A DNA stretch of 60,952 nt from Candidatus Levybacteria bacterium RIFCSPLOWO2_12_FULL_41_12 (GTDB lineage: Bacteria > Patescibacteriota > Microgenomatia > Levybacterales > UBA12049), in NCBI GenBank assembly GCA_001784155.1, contig MFPL01000012.1:1-60952 (forward strand), in the 5' to 3' direction. The notes below the pieces were generated by a model, which was not told where the DNA came from, ran no database searches, and saw only the letters and a program-made list of their open reading frames with translations. Positions 21,004 through 31,648 of the stretch are shown piece by piece (position 1 is the stretch's first letter; each line of letters starts with the position of its first letter). The position numbers and the translations under genes are program-made.

Positions 21004-21738
21004 ATGCATGACCTGACACAAAGGCAGATAGAAATCCTCAAGAGTTTAATCGAGGAATATATTGAAACAGCAGAAGCCGTAGGTTCTGAGACTCTTGAAA
21101 AGAAGCACTCTTTGAGTGCAAGTCCTGCGACCATTCGAAATGAAATGGTACGCCTTACAGAATTTGGATATCTAAAAAAACCTCATACTTCATCAGGCCG
21201 AATTCCTACCCCTCAAGCAATGAAGTTTTATGTAAAACAGCTCATGAAGGAAAAGGAACTTTCTGTGGCAGAGGAAGTAGCTGTAAAAGAGAAAGTTTGG
21301 GACTTTCGAGATGAGCACGAGAAATTTCTCCATGAGCTTACAAGGTCTTTAGCAGAAAAGACTAAGGCTTTGGCAGTTTCTGCAACAGATGACGGAGGGT
21401 GTTTCTTCTCGGGTTATGCGAATATTTTGGATATGCCGGAATTTTTCGATATTGATCTAACAAAGGCTTTGCTCTCCGCGTTAGATGATGAAGAAGCCTA
21501 CCTCCAGCCATTATTCCAGGGAATAATTGGAGAAGAGGATGTTTATGTTCTAGTCGGTGACGATCTAGGCCCAGGGTTGCAGGGCCCGTATAGTCTAGTT
21601 TTTGCTAAATATACTACTTCAATGAATCAAAAAGGAGAGATAGGTGTTATAGGACCGGCAAGACTTGATTACACATCGATTGTACCGACAGTTAAATACT
21701 TCGGACGTTTAATAGAAGAAGTGGCTAGGGGATGGTAG
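21004..21738 (+). CDS. hrcA: Heat-inducible transcription repressor HrcA
   Basis: LTQRQIEIL, SPATIRNEM, PHTSSGRIPT, GVIGPARLDY. Confidence 0.94.
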   Translation: MHDLTQRQIEILKSLIEEYIETAEAVGSETLEKKHSLSASPATIRNEMVRLTEFGYLKKPHTSSGRIPTPQAMKFYVKQLMKEKELSVAEEVAVKEKVWDFRDEHEKFLHELTRSLAEKTKALAVSATDDGGCFFSGYANILDMPEFFDIDLTKALLSALDDEEAYLQPLFQGIIGEEDVYVLVGDDLGPGLQGPYSLVFAKYTTSMNQKGEIGVIGPARLDYTSIVPTVKYFGRLIEEVARGW

Positions 21739-21739
21739 A

Positions 21740-22291
21740 ATGAGTAAGAAGGATAATAACAGAAAAGAAAAAACCCTAGACATAGAGAACCTTGAAAATC
21801 AATTAAAAAGAGCAGTAGCAGACTATCAGAATCTTGAAAAAAGAATGGATTCTGAAAAAAGAGAATGGATAAGATCGGGAAATAAAGGCTTGATATTAAA
21901 GTTCTTACCGGTCTTAGATATTCTATTTCTTGCACAGGGACACATTAAGGATGAAGGACTTTCTCTTTCGATCGAGAAATTTTTAGAAATTTTGAAAGAA
22001 GAAGGAGTAGAGAAGATCGAAACAGAAGGGCAAGACTTCGATCCGAATAAAATGGAATGTGTTTCAGTGCAAGAAGGAGCGGAAAATAAAGTGCTCTCAG
22101 AACTGCGGCCGGGATTTGTCCTAAGCGGACAGACTCTTAGGCCATCACAAGTAATAGTAGGTTTAGGAAGTTCACATAAAGATACGAATCCAATAACAAA
22201 TGAGCCGGGTTCAAAAGAAGTTTTTAATCAAGATGACCCGAATAATAAGTGGGAAGACATGCTAAAAGAAGATAATGATTCTCAGAATTAA
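21740..22291 (+). CDS. grpE: Nucleotide exchange factor GrpE with a C-terminal extension
   Basis: RAVADYQNLEKR, FDPNKMEC, LRPSQVIV. Confidence 0.92.
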   Translation: MSKKDNNRKEKTLDIENLENQLKRAVADYQNLEKRMDSEKREWIRSGNKGLILKFLPVLDILFLAQGHIKDEGLSLSIEKFLEILKEEGVEKIETEGQDFDPNKMECVSVQEGAENKVLSELRPGFVLSGQTLRPSQVIVGLGSSHKDTNPITNEPGSKEVFNQDDPNNKWEDMLKEDNDSQN

Positions 22292-22295
22292 ATTT

Positions 22296-22415
22296 ATGGA
22301 TGTATTACCAATATTACTGATAGCTACTTTAGGGTTTATTGCCTTTGTGCTAATGGCTATAGCACATGTATTGGGACAAATTAGGGATGAACTTTATCAT
22401 TTGAGAAATAAATAA
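22296..22415 (+). CDS. Small membrane protein (39 aa), not in the ORF track
   Basis: MDVLPILLIATLGFIAFVLMAIAHVLGQIRDELYHLRNK; fills the gap, 4 nt after the grpE stop and 1 nt before the next ATG. Confidence 0.6.
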   Translation: MDVLPILLIATLGFIAFVLMAIAHVLGQIRDELYHLRNK

Positions 22416-22416
22416 T

Positions 22417-22761
22417 ATGGCAAAAATTGTTATTGATGATAATCAAAAAGGTAGGTTTATAGTAGAAGAAATTCCTGTCATTTCTACTATTCCTGATTTT
22501 AACAGGAAATTATTCAAGGTTTTTAATGAATCTACAAAGGAAAAATTTTATGAAGGAATTTCTATTAGTCGAACTAATTTTGCAGTTGAGAGAAATAGAG
22601 GAATTACAGAGGATGAAGTATGGAATCGCAATATAAACGATATAATAGTTAAGCAATTAATACTCAATGGAGTTAAAAATAGAGAGATCTTACTCGGAGA
22701 TAAATATGAAACAAAAGAACTTAATCCAGAAGACGGTAGTATAAGAGAGCAGAATAATTAA
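22417..22761 (+). CDS. Hypothetical protein (AT-rich)
   Basis: 114-aa ORF ending 1 nt before dnaK. Confidence 0.65.
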   Translation: MAKIVIDDNQKGRFIVEEIPVISTIPDFNRKLFKVFNESTKEKFYEGISISRTNFAVERNRGITEDEVWNRNINDIIVKQLILNGVKNREILLGDKYETKELNPEDGSIREQNN

Positions 22762-22762
22762 T

Positions 22763-24688
22763 ATGGCTAAAATTATAGGAATTGATTTAGGTACAACAAA
22801 TTCGGCAGTTGCGGTAATGGAGGGAGGATCTCCTAAGATTATCCATAGCGCTGAAGGAAGAAATGTAATACCGTCGGTGGTCGATCCGATTAGTCATGTT
22901 GTTGGAGACGTTGCTAAAAGACAGCTTATTTTAAAGCCAAAAACAACAATTTTTTCGATAAAAAGACTAATGGGAAGAAAATACACAGATGAAAGCGTGC
23001 AGTATGACCTTAAGTGGCTTCCTTATTCTATTAAATCCGGTAGAGACGGTATGGCTGATGTTGAAGTTGACGGAAAAACATTAACTCCGCAGGAAGTAAG
23101 CGCCATGATACTTCAAAAAATAAAAGCAGATGCCGAAGCCTACTTGGGCTCAAAAGTTACACAAGCTGTTATTACTGTCCCTGCATATTTTGACGATTCG
23201 CAGCGTCAAGCTACGAAACAAGCTGGAGAAATTGCAGGACTTGAGGTTTTAAGAATTATTAATGAACCTACGGCTGCAGCACTTGCGTACGGGCTTGACA
23301 AGAAAAATGCACACACTATCGCAGTTTATGACTTGGGGGGCGGAACATTTGATATTTCAATACTCGAGCTTGGAGAAGGAGTTTACGAAGTAAAATCAAC
23401 AAACGGAGATACGCATTTAGGCGGAGATGATTTTGATAAAGCAATAATTGATTATTTAGCAGAAGAATTTAAAAAACAAAATGGAGTTGATTTAACAAAA
23501 GACCCCCAGGCTTTGCAGCGACTTCGAGAAGCAGCTGAAAAAGCAAAAATTGAGCTTTCAAGCTCCACTGAGGCGCAGATTAACCAACCCTTTATTACGC
23601 AAGGCAAAGATGGACCTTTGCATTTAACAGTTACATTAACAAGGGCAAAACTTGAGCAAATTGTTGATCCATTAATTCAAAAAACCCTTAAACCTGTCGA
23701 GCTTGCTTTAAAAGATGCAAAAATGAAAGTCTCTGACATTGATGAAGTTGTTTTAGTTGGGGGAATGACCAGAATGCCAAAGGTTATAGAAGCTGTAACT
23801 AAATTTTTTGGTAAAGAAGCAAATAAATCAGTAAATCCCGATGAAGTAGTTGCGATTGGAGCAGCTGTTCAGGGAGGAGTCTTAGGAGGAGAAGTAAAAG
23901 ATGTCCTCCTTCTTGATGTCACTCCATTGACCTTAGGAATTGAAACTCTCGGCGGAGTTTCAACGCCTTTAATTGAAAAAAACACAACTATTCCTACATC
24001 AAAATCCCAGGTCTTCTCAACAGCCGCCGATAACCAGACACAAGTAGAAATTAATGTCCTGCAGGGAGAACGTCCTATGGCTCAAGACAATAAGTCGCTG
24101 GGTAGGTTTATTCTGGACGGAATTCCGACTGCTCCTCGAGGCGTGCCTCAGGTAGAAGTGGCATTTGATATAGATGCCAACGGAATTCTAAATGTGAAGG
24201 CTACAGATAAGGCCACAGGAAAAGAGCAAAGCATAAAGATTACTGGTTCTACAGGACTTTCTAAAGAAGAAGTTGAGAAGATGACGAAGGAAGCAGAGAC
24301 CCACGCAGAGGAAGATAGGGTAAAGAAAGAATCAGTAGAAGCGAAAAATCAGGCAGATGCGATGGTTTTCACGGCCGAGAAAACATTAAAAGATAACGAG
24401 GGCAAAATCGCTGATGACCTAAAAAAGGAAATAGAAGAAAAAACAAAGGCGCTGAGAGAAATACTTTCCACGGGTACAAAAGAAGACTTAGAGATCAAAA
24501 CAAAAGACTTGTCAGACACATTGACAAAAGTTGGTCAGGCAATGTATCAAGCGAAGGGTTCAGAATCTGGTTCGGCCGCCTCCGCTGACAGCTCTGGCGA
24601 ACCAAAGGAAGAGCCAAAAGAAGACGGAGAAGCAAAAACGGAAGATAAAAAAGCTGATGAGCCTGTTGAGGGTGAAGTGGTAAATTAA
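22763..24688 (+). CDS. dnaK: Chaperone DnaK
   Basis: [25 protein letters not shown]. Confidence 0.98.
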   Translation: MAKIIGIDLGTTNSAVAVMEGGSPKIIHSAEGRNVIPSVVDPISHVVGDVAKRQLILKPKTTIFSIKRLMGRKYTDESVQYDLKWLPYSIKSGRDGMADVEVDGKTLTPQEVSAMILQKIKADAEAYLGSKVTQAVITVPAYFDDSQRQATKQAGEIAGLEVLRIINEPTAAALAYGLDKKNAHTIAVYDLGGGTFDISILELGEGVYEVKSTNGDTHLGGDDFDKAIIDYLAEEFKKQNGVDLTKDPQALQRLREAAEKAKIELSSSTEAQINQPFITQGKDGPLHLTVTLTRAKLEQIVDPLIQKTLKPVELALKDAKMKVSDIDEVVLVGGMTRMPKVIEAVTKFFGKEANKSVNPDEVVAIGAAVQGGVLGGEVKDVLLLDVTPLTLGIETLGGVSTPLIEKNTTIPTSKSQVFSTAADNQTQVEINVLQGERPMAQDNKSLGRFILDGIPTAPRGVPQVEVAFDIDANGILNVKATDKATGKEQSIKITGSTGLSKEEVEKMTKEAETHAEEDRVKKESVEAKNQADAMVFTAEKTLKDNEGKIADDLKKEIEEKTKALREILSTGTKEDLEIKTKDLSDTLTKVGQAMYQAKGSESGSAASADSSGEPKEEPKEDGEAKTEDKKADEPVEGEVVN

Positions 24689-24704
24689 TGAAGCGCTGAG
24701 GTCG

Positions 24705-24815
24705 GAATAAAAATTTTCTTGTTGCGCGCGCGGAAAAAGGTTAGTTTTAAACCCAGCTCCTGCCCCGCAAATTCTCACAACGAAAATTTTCATTCCTCCC
24801 CGCGCAATTTTTGTT
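24705..24815. other. Structured intergenic element with two overlapping inverted-repeat pairs
   Basis: AAAATTTTC(TT)GTTG pairs with CAACGAAAATTTT; TTGCGCG pairs with CGCGCAA, followed by a T-rich tract. Confidence 0.4.
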
Positions 24816-24821
24816 TTTAAT

Positions 24822-26585
24822 ATGTGCGGAATTTTTGGCTACGTAGGAAAAGATAATAATGTCGGTAATTTAATTCTGGAAGGATTAAAAACTCTTGAGT
24901 ATCGTGGATATGATTCGTGGGGAATAGCCGTAAAAAATGGTAAAACGATAGAGATCGAGAAAAAAGTTGGCAAGATCGGCGATCCAAAACTAAGGTTTCC
25001 CAAAAGCAGTATTGGCATAGGTCATACCAGATGGGCAACACATGGCGGAGTTACTGTCGAAAATGCTCATCCGCACCTTGACTGCAGTAGGAAAATTGCA
25101 GTCCTCCATAACGGAATAATCGAAAACTTCGAAGAGCTAAAAAAAGAATTATTGGAACAAGGCCACAAGTTTGTTTCGGAGACTGATACAGAAGTTATGC
25201 CCCATCTTATAGAAGAAGGTTTAAAGAAAGAAGGATTCGCGTCCTCGGTAAGAGATGCTTTCAATAGGCTTAAAGGGCTTAATGCGATCGTCGCACTTAA
25301 CGCTGATTCCTCAGAAATTATAGCAGCCAAAACTGGATCGCCTTTAGTGATAGGCGTGTCAGACGACGGATATTATATATCTTCAGATTCGCTGGGGCTT
25401 GTTCCCCATACAAGAAATCTTCTTTTTTTGGAAGACAATGAAATGGTAATTCTTGGAAAGACTCTAAAGCTTATCTCCCTGCCACGAGGAGAAGAAAAAA
25501 CTCCCGATATCCAGACGGTGGATTGGAAATTTGAGAAGGTAGATAAAGGTAAATACAAACACTTTTTATTGAAAGAGATAAACGAGCAACCACAAGTTGT
25601 AGAAAATATTGCACTTAACTACGAAACTGAAGTAAAAAACTTAGCAGATCTAATCGATGAAGCATTTGGCACATTTCTTTTGGGGTGCGGCACTGCTTCA
25701 TACTCAGGGCTAGCGGGAACGTATCTCTTCTCGAAAATTGCAAAAAAACATGTTAACTTTTCCATTGGTTCTGAGTTTAATTACCTTGAAGATTATCTAA
25801 CGCCAAAAAGTTTAGTTATCCCCATTTCGCAAAGTGGAGAAACAATTGACGTTGTTGAACCTGTTGCCCGGGCAAAACAAAAGGGGTCAAGAATAGCCGC
25901 GATTACGAATGTTTTAGGCTCCACGCTTTATAGACAGTCAGATTTTAAAATTTTACTTGGGGCCGGGCCTGAAAAGGCAGTTGTAGGTACAAAAAGCTTT
26001 ACAGCAATGGTAGCCGTGCTTTTATTCACAGCTTATACGCTTGCCAAGCGACAAGCCGAAGGGAAAAAAATGCTTTCTCTAGCAGCAGAAAATGTTTCTG
26101 AAATCCTAAAAAACCATGTTGGAGAGAATATTCAAAAATTAGCGGCCACACTTAAGAATAGGGAGCATATTTATGTCATTGGGAGAGGTATATCCTATGC
26201 GACTGCCCTAGAGGCTACGCTCAAAATTAAGGAAACAGCGTGTCTGCATGCAGAAGGATTCGCAGGTGGAGAGCTCAAGCATGGAGTAATTGCGCTTATT
26301 GAGAAAGGGACACCGTGTATAGTTATTGCCCCCAATGATGAGACGTATGACGATATTATTTCTAACGCCCAAGAAGTTAAAGCAAGAGGAGGAATCATAA
26401 TTGGGATAGGTCCTCGTCCAAATAAGGTTTTTGACCATTTCCTCCAAACAGCTGATGTAGCGGAAGCAACAATTATCCCCCAAGTAGTTGTCGCCCAACT
26501 GCTCGCATATTACTTAGCGCTTGCCCGAGGAATAGAAGACCCGGATAAGCCGAGAAATTTAGCAAAAAGTGTCACCGTTAAATGA
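24822..26585 (+). CDS. glmS: Glutamine--fructose-6-phosphate aminotransferase
   Basis: MCGIFG, LEYRGYDS, GHTRWATHG, PRNLAKSVTV. Confidence 0.97.
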   Translation: MCGIFGYVGKDNNVGNLILEGLKTLEYRGYDSWGIAVKNGKTIEIEKKVGKIGDPKLRFPKSSIGIGHTRWATHGGVTVENAHPHLDCSRKIAVLHNGIIENFEELKKELLEQGHKFVSETDTEVMPHLIEEGLKKEGFASSVRDAFNRLKGLNAIVALNADSSEIIAAKTGSPLVIGVSDDGYYISSDSLGLVPHTRNLLFLEDNEMVILGKTLKLISLPRGEEKTPDIQTVDWKFEKVDKGKYKHFLLKEINEQPQVVENIALNYETEVKNLADLIDEAFGTFLLGCGTASYSGLAGTYLFSKIAKKHVNFSIGSEFNYLEDYLTPKSLVIPISQSGETIDVVEPVARAKQKGSRIAAITNVLGSTLYRQSDFKILLGAGPEKAVVGTKSFTAMVAVLLFTAYTLAKRQAEGKKMLSLAAENVSEILKNHVGENIQKLAATLKNREHIYVIGRGISYATALEATLKIKETACLHAEGFAGGELKHGVIALIEKGTPCIVIAPNDETYDDIISNAQEVKARGGIIIGIGPRPNKVFDHFLQTADVAEATIIPQVVVAQLLAYYLALARGIEDPDKPRNLAKSVTVK

Positions 26586-26652
26586 CTATTGATGATTGAT
26601 TATTGAATATTAAATTGTCAATTGTCACTAGTAAATATAAAATATTATTGTT

Positions 26653-27549
26653 ATGGCAGAAAGCATTGATTTTTACGGAGCTTTAGGAGTCTCAAAGACT
26701 GCAAGCGCAACTGATATTAAAAAGGCTTACAGAAAGCTTGCCTTAGAGCATCACCCGGATAGGAATAAGGGAAATAAAGAATCTGAAACAAAGTTTAAAG
26801 AAGTGACCAAGGCTTATGAAGTTTTATCTGATCCTCAGAAAAGACAAACCTATGATCAGTTTGGGGCAGCAGCTTTTGAACAGGGTGCAGGGCAGGGACC
26901 CTTCGGCGGTAATCCGTTTGCTGGGGGATTTGGTCAACAGGGTCAAGGACCGTTTACATACACTTATACAACAGGAGGAAACGAGGGGGGGTTTGATTTC
27001 GGAGGATTTTCAGACCCTTTTGAAATATTTGAACAGTTTTTTGGCGGAACGTCACCTTTCGGCAGGCAGCAAAGACGTCCTGTTTACTCCGTATCGGTCT
27101 CCTTTATGGAGGCTATTAATGGCGTAGCAAAAAGAGTAAGCATAGATGGAAAAACCCAGACTATAAAAATTCCCCCAGGAGTGGACAATGGATCAAGAAT
27201 TAGATTTCAGGAATACGATATCTTAGTTGAGGTCGCTCCGGACAGGAAATTTAAAAGAGAAGGTGCAGACATAATTTCTGATATTGAGCTTTCCTTTGCA
27301 AAAGCTTCCTTAGGGACTGAGGTAGAAGTTAACACAGTAGCAGGTCCTGTAAATTTAAGAATTCCGCAGGGAACTCAGCCGGGCACCGTAATAAGGCTTT
27401 CGGGAAAAGGAGTGCCTAGGGTAAGGGGTTCTGGGCGGGGAGACCACTATGTTCAAATTAAAATCACGGTACCCAAGAATCTTACAGCAAGACAAAAAGA
27501 ACTTCTGAAAGAGTTTGATCAGGAAAAAGGAAAACACGGCTGGTTCTAG
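26653..27549 (+). CDS. dnaJ: DnaJ-family chaperone lacking the zinc finger (class B)
   Basis: J domain with HPD, G/F-rich region and C-terminal domain; no CxxCxGxG repeats. Confidence 0.9.
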   Translation: MAESIDFYGALGVSKTASATDIKKAYRKLALEHHPDRNKGNKESETKFKEVTKAYEVLSDPQKRQTYDQFGAAAFEQGAGQGPFGGNPFAGGFGQQGQGPFTYTYTTGGNEGGFDFGGFSDPFEIFEQFFGGTSPFGRQQRRPVYSVSVSFMEAINGVAKRVSIDGKTQTIKIPPGVDNGSRIRFQEYDILVEVAPDRKFKREGADIISDIELSFAKASLGTEVEVNTVAGPVNLRIPQGTQPGTVIRLSGKGVPRVRGSGRGDHYVQIKITVPKNLTARQKELLKEFDQEKGKHGWF

Positions 27550-27585
27550 ATTGTAATTTTGTCTTGAAGTTTCTATACTTAGCTT

Positions 27586-27909
27586 GTGATCGCCCTGCCC
27601 GTTATTTTTTTCAAGTTCTGGTTTCTGGAGGCTCCGGAGTCTCTTATTTCTTTTTATGCCTCTCTAAATAAAGCCCTACTCGAGCTTTTTTCACTTCCCC
27701 TTCTTATCAAAACTTTCTTTAAACCATGGAAAAACGAATACAGAAAAGGATTGATTGGATTTTCCCGGGGCATGGGAATGTTTATAAAAAGCTTTGTTAT
27801 ACTCGCAGATTTGGCAATTTTTGTTTTTTTTATTCTTCTTGAAGCTATTGTTTTTTTCGCATTTATTCTATGGCCATTTGCAACGCTTGTTCTTTTGAAG
27901 CCAAACTAA
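27586..27909 (+). CDS. Small membrane protein preceding the Clp ATPase
   Basis: FSLPLLIKTFFKPWK, two C-terminal TM helices; GTG start 6 nt after TATACT. Confidence 0.75.
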   Translation: MIALPVIFFKFWFLEAPESLISFYASLNKALLELFSLPLLIKTFFKPWKNEYRKGLIGFSRGMGMFIKSFVILADLAIFVFFILLEAIVFFAFILWPFATLVLLKPN

Positions 27910-27910
27910 A

Positions 27911-30253
27911 ATGAAAGGCATTGTCAGGCTTTACCATTTTTATAACTCTTTAATACTTAAGATATTAAGGTCTGTTTTGCTTCTTTTATTGGTGTTTGCT
28001 GTTTTCCTCACTTTTTCAAAGATATTTCTTTTTCTTCTTTCCGTCTTTTTGATCTGGGAAACTTTTTTTATTTTTAAAATCTCAAAAACGACTCCCAATC
28101 TTAGAATTTCGGATAACAGAGAAGACCCAATGGGTTCATTTACTCTTAAGTCTCAAGAAGCTCTACTTTCCGGGAAAACAGAAGATATTGTTAAAAATCT
28201 TCTTAAGTTTCCATCAGTCAAGTTCCTAATTGGTAAAGCGGAAATAGACCCTAAAGATTTGATCTTCAAAGAAGTAGCTAAAAAAGACTTAAGTGAGGCC
28301 TCTTTTTCTCTGGCTAGCGAGAGAGGAGGAGCATATGTCACGCCTTTTGATATTTTCGCAAGCTTTCTTCTGCTTTCCGAGGAAGAGACAAAAGCCCTTT
28401 TTAATAGAAGGCTAAAGAAAGAAAATCTCCTTCACATTTTGCGATGGACTAAGGAGAAGTTTCCAAATGAAGAATCACATAAACCCCTTAGAGCCGAGTT
28501 TTGGGGCGAAGGGATTGGAGAAAGCTGGGTTCATGGATGGACTCTTGAGACAAAGAAGTATATGACTGATTTTACTGCGAATGTTTTGCGAAGAAAGCCT
28601 GACTATTTTGGACGCGATAAAGAATACCGAGGAATAGTAGAAGGACTTTCTTCGGGTCAAAGCGTACTTCTTGTGGGGGAGGAGGGTGTCGGCAAAACGT
28701 CTCTTATAGAGGCATTAGCGATAGAAAGCTTTTCGGGAAAGCTTTCGGGCAATCTTTATCATAGGAGAATTTATCAATTTATGGCAGATGCTTTTCTGGC
28801 AGGTGCACAAAACCAAGGAGAGCTTGAGCAAAGATTTGTGTTATTTACAGATGAAGTAAGTCATTCGGGAAACATTATAATTCTTATCCAAAATCTAGAG
28901 ACAATACTGGGTCAGGGATCCTTAAATTTGGATCTATCAGGGCAACTCCTTCCATATCTTGATGCTTCGGATAAAAAACTTCTTTTAATCGCAACTTCAA
29001 CTGAAGGAGTATATAAAAAATTCATAGAACCTAAAACCTCTTTTGCAGCATCTTTTAAAACCGTAAGAGTTGAAGAGCCGGATAGGGATCAAATAGCGGA
29101 GATCATTATTAAAAAAAGTTTTGATATTGAGGAAAAATATAAAGTTCTCGTTTCCTATAGGGCAATGCTTGCAGCACTCGATCTTGGAAAAAAGTATTTG
29201 CCGCAGCGTGCAAATCCGGGAGCATCGGTCTTGCTTCTTGAGGATGCCGCAAATAGATCCAAGCTTTCTAAGAAAAATGTAGTAACAGAAGAGGACGTCA
29301 CTTTTGAAGTAAAGACAAAGACAAATCTTCCTATTGGTTTGCCAAAAGATGATGAAAAAAAGACTCTTCTGAATTTGGAAGAGGAAATGCATAAGAGACT
29401 TGTGGATCAGGAAGACGCGGTAGGCTCAATAGCAGAAGCTATGAGAAGAGTGAGGGCAGGGCTTGAGTCAAATAAGAAACCTATTTCTTTTCTTTTCCTA
29501 GGTCCTACAGGAGTTGGGAAAACGGAAACCGCAAAAACTCTGGCAAATATTTATTTTGGAGGGGAAGCAAAAATTATAAGAATAGATATGTCCGAATTTG
29601 CGGATTCATCGGGGGTGAATAAAATTCTAAGTCCTGACAAGGGGTCTCTTTCGGATGAGATTTTTAATTTCCCTTTTTCTTTGGTTCTTCTTGACGAGTT
29701 TGAAAAAGCAAGCTCTTTGGTTCACAATCTTTTCCTCCAGGTTTTAGATGACGGGAGACTTACGGATAACAGCGGAAGAACCGTGAATTTTGCGGACGCC
29801 ATAGTTATAGCCACTTCAAATGCCGGATCGGAATACATAAGAGAATCCCTTCAAATAAATCCCATTCTTGATAAAAATTTCAAAAAAAATCTTTTAGACT
29901 TTGTTCAGAAGAATGGAGTCTTTGCCCCCGAGCTTCTCAATCGATTCGACGAGCTTGTCGTATTTAAACCCTTATCAGGTCAGGATTTGAGAAAAATAGC
30001 GTCCCTCATGCTTTCAGAAGTTGCAAAGAATATGAAGGAGAAAGACATAGAGGTGTCTTTTGACCAAAGTGTAGTAGAAAAGGTGGCTATGGGAGGAGCA
30101 AGCGATGAATTCGGAGCAAGACCGCTTCGCCGATTCATTCAGGATAATATTGAAGATATTCTTGCAAGAAAGATTTTAACAGGCGAGATTCAAAGAGGAG
30201 AAAAGCTTGTAGTGGTTTCTGTTAACGGAACAATCTCGGTAAACAAACAATAG
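27911..30253 (+). CDS. ClpA/ClpB-family AAA+ ATPase with N-terminal TM anchor
   Basis: GEEGVGKT, FLFLGPTGVGKTETAK, LLDEFEKA, GARPLRR. Confidence 0.9.
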   Translation: MKGIVRLYHFYNSLILKILRSVLLLLLVFAVFLTFSKIFLFLLSVFLIWETFFIFKISKTTPNLRISDNREDPMGSFTLKSQEALLSGKTEDIVKNLLKFPSVKFLIGKAEIDPKDLIFKEVAKKDLSEASFSLASERGGAYVTPFDIFASFLLLSEEETKALFNRRLKKENLLHILRWTKEKFPNEESHKPLRAEFWGEGIGESWVHGWTLETKKYMTDFTANVLRRKPDYFGRDKEYRGIVEGLSSGQSVLLVGEEGVGKTSLIEALAIESFSGKLSGNLYHRRIYQFMADAFLAGAQNQGELEQRFVLFTDEVSHSGNIIILIQNLETILGQGSLNLDLSGQLLPYLDASDKKLLLIATSTEGVYKKFIEPKTSFAASFKTVRVEEPDRDQIAEIIIKKSFDIEEKYKVLVSYRAMLAALDLGKKYLPQRANPGASVLLLEDAANRSKLSKKNVVTEEDVTFEVKTKTNLPIGLPKDDEKKTLLNLEEEMHKRLVDQEDAVGSIAEAMRRVRAGLESNKKPISFLFLGPTGVGKTETAKTLANIYFGGEAKIIRIDMSEFADSSGVNKILSPDKGSLSDEIFNFPFSLVLLDEFEKASSLVHNLFLQVLDDGRLTDNSGRTVNFADAIVIATSNAGSEYIRESLQINPILDKNFKKNLLDFVQKNGVFAPELLNRFDELVVFKPLSGQDLRKIASLMLSEVAKNMKEKDIEVSFDQSVVEKVAMGGASDEFGARPLRRFIQDNIEDILARKILTGEIQRGEKLVVVSVNGTISVNKQ

Positions 30254-30260
30254 TTTGCTT

Positions 30261-30281
30261 GCCCTGAGTTTTGTCGAGGGG
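30261..30281. repeat. REP-like imperfect palindrome
   Basis: GCCCTGAGTTTTGTCGAGGGG; resembles from memory the CCCTGAGC..GTCGAAGGG class of extragenic palindromes; single copy here. Confidence 0.4.
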
Positions 30282-30296
30282 CTATAATTGCCTCAA

Positions 30297-30590
30297 ATGA
30301 AATTCAAGCTGAAAAACGATAAGTTTAGGAAGTCTCGTGGTGGGTACTCAAGGCTTTTGGAAATAAGTTGTTCTTCCTGCAACACTAAGCTTTTTAAATA
30401 TCAAAAAGACGGCCCTGGAATTATAAAAAGGCTGTATGTCGATAGAATTTATCTGGAGGTGAGCGGATCTACCATAAAATGCGAAAACTGTAAAAGGCTC
30501 GTCGGAAAATTAACAGTTTACGAAAAAGAAAATAGACCTGCTTATGCTATCCAATCTGGAGCTATAAAAAAGAAAATTGTTAAGCTATAA
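30297..30590 (+). CDS. Small basic zinc-ribbon protein
   Basis: CSSC and CENC pairs; YQKDGPGIIKRLYVDRI; ATG 8 nt after TATAAT. Confidence 0.75.
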   Translation: MKFKLKNDKFRKSRGGYSRLLEISCSSCNTKLFKYQKDGPGIIKRLYVDRIYLEVSGSTIKCENCKRLVGKLTVYEKENRPAYAIQSGAIKKKIVKL

Positions 30591-30597
30591 TTGCCCC

Positions 30598-31053
30598 ATG
30601 AAAGATTGTATATTTTGTAAGATCTCAAACGGAGCTGATCCTAAAAAAGTGATTTGGGAGGATGAGAAGCATATTGCATTTCTTTCTCTTCATCCCAACA
30701 CAAAAGGTTTCACTGTTGTAACCACGAAAAAACATTACCCAAGTTATTATTTTGATCTTCCGGACGAAGTCTTAAAAGACCTAACCATTGCTTCCAAAAA
30801 AGTCGCAAAGCTTCTTGACCGAAAATTGGAAGATGTCGGGAGAACCGGAATGGTTTTTGAAGGATTTGGCGTAGACCATGTCCACGCAAAGCTTTTTCCC
30901 ATGCATGGAACTGGGAATATGAAAAAGTGGAAGAAGCTTTCATCAAGTGTCGATAAGTATTTTGAAAAATATGAGGGCTACATTTCGTCTCATGACTACA
31001 AAAGAGCAGATGATAAGGATCTTGAAGAACTTGCCAAAAAGATACGGGAATAG
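30598..31053 (+). CDS. HIT family hydrolase
   Basis: DCIFCKI and VDHVHAKL (HIT motif, third His replaced). Confidence 0.88.
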   Translation: MKDCIFCKISNGADPKKVIWEDEKHIAFLSLHPNTKGFTVVTTKKHYPSYYFDLPDEVLKDLTIASKKVAKLLDRKLEDVGRTGMVFEGFGVDHVHAKLFPMHGTGNMKKWKKLSSSVDKYFEKYEGYISSHDYKRADDKDLEELAKKIRE

Positions 31054-31075
31054 CCACTCTGCTATAATTGGCGCA

Positions 31076-31618
31076 ATGAAAAACGCTATTATTTTTCATG
31101 GTTCTGGAACAACTCCAGATGCGGTTTGGCAGCCATGGTTAAAAAAAGAACTGCAGAAAAAAGGCTATTCTGTTTCAATTCCAGTTTTAACTTCCGATGA
31201 TCCGGCTGCTCTCAATGTCTGGTTGCCGCTTGCTTTAAAAGAGAACTACAATGACCAGACTGTTTTAATAGGTCATTCATCAGGAGCTCCTCTAACTCTT
31301 TCAGTACTGGAAAACTTAAATGTAAAAGTTAAGCAGGCTATATTGGTTGCCGGATTTATTTCCCCTCTCCTTTACGATAAAGGATATAATCCAATCCTTC
31401 AAAAAAAATATGATTGGAATAAAATTAAGAAGAATGCAAACGAATTCATTTTCATCAATTCCGTTAATGATCCGTGGGGATGCAATGAGGAGCAAGGAAA
31501 AGCGATGTTCAATAAGCTGGGTGGATCGCTTATTGTAAATAAAGAAGGCCATATGGGTTCTCAAAAATTCAATCAACCATACAAAGAATTTCCATTTTTG
31601 CTTAGGTTAATTGAATGA
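31076..31618 (+). CDS. RBBP9/YdeN family alpha/beta hydrolase
   Basis: IIFHG, WQPWL, IGHSSG, NDPW, GH; true start ATG 31076. Confidence 0.88.
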   Translation: MKNAIIFHGSGTTPDAVWQPWLKKELQKKGYSVSIPVLTSDDPAALNVWLPLALKENYNDQTVLIGHSSGAPLTLSVLENLNVKVKQAILVAGFISPLLYDKGYNPILQKKYDWNKIKKNANEFIFINSVNDPWGCNEEQGKAMFNKLGGSLIVNKEGHMGSQKFNQPYKEFPFLLRLIE

Positions 31619-31648
31619 GCTTTATTTTGCTTCTGCTATAATTGCGGC

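Noticed and set aside
24569-24603. GC-rich hairpin in the dnaK tail as an in-frame REP insertion (similar text in nusA near 35787-35815)
   Set aside because: Pairing is imperfect and Ala/Ser-rich codons could explain it; not supportable without a genome-wide repeat search
24689-24821. glmS ribozyme upstream of glmS
   Set aside because: AGCGC is present but the conserved core (AGCGCC..GACU, GACGAGG, AUCGA, GCGG) is not
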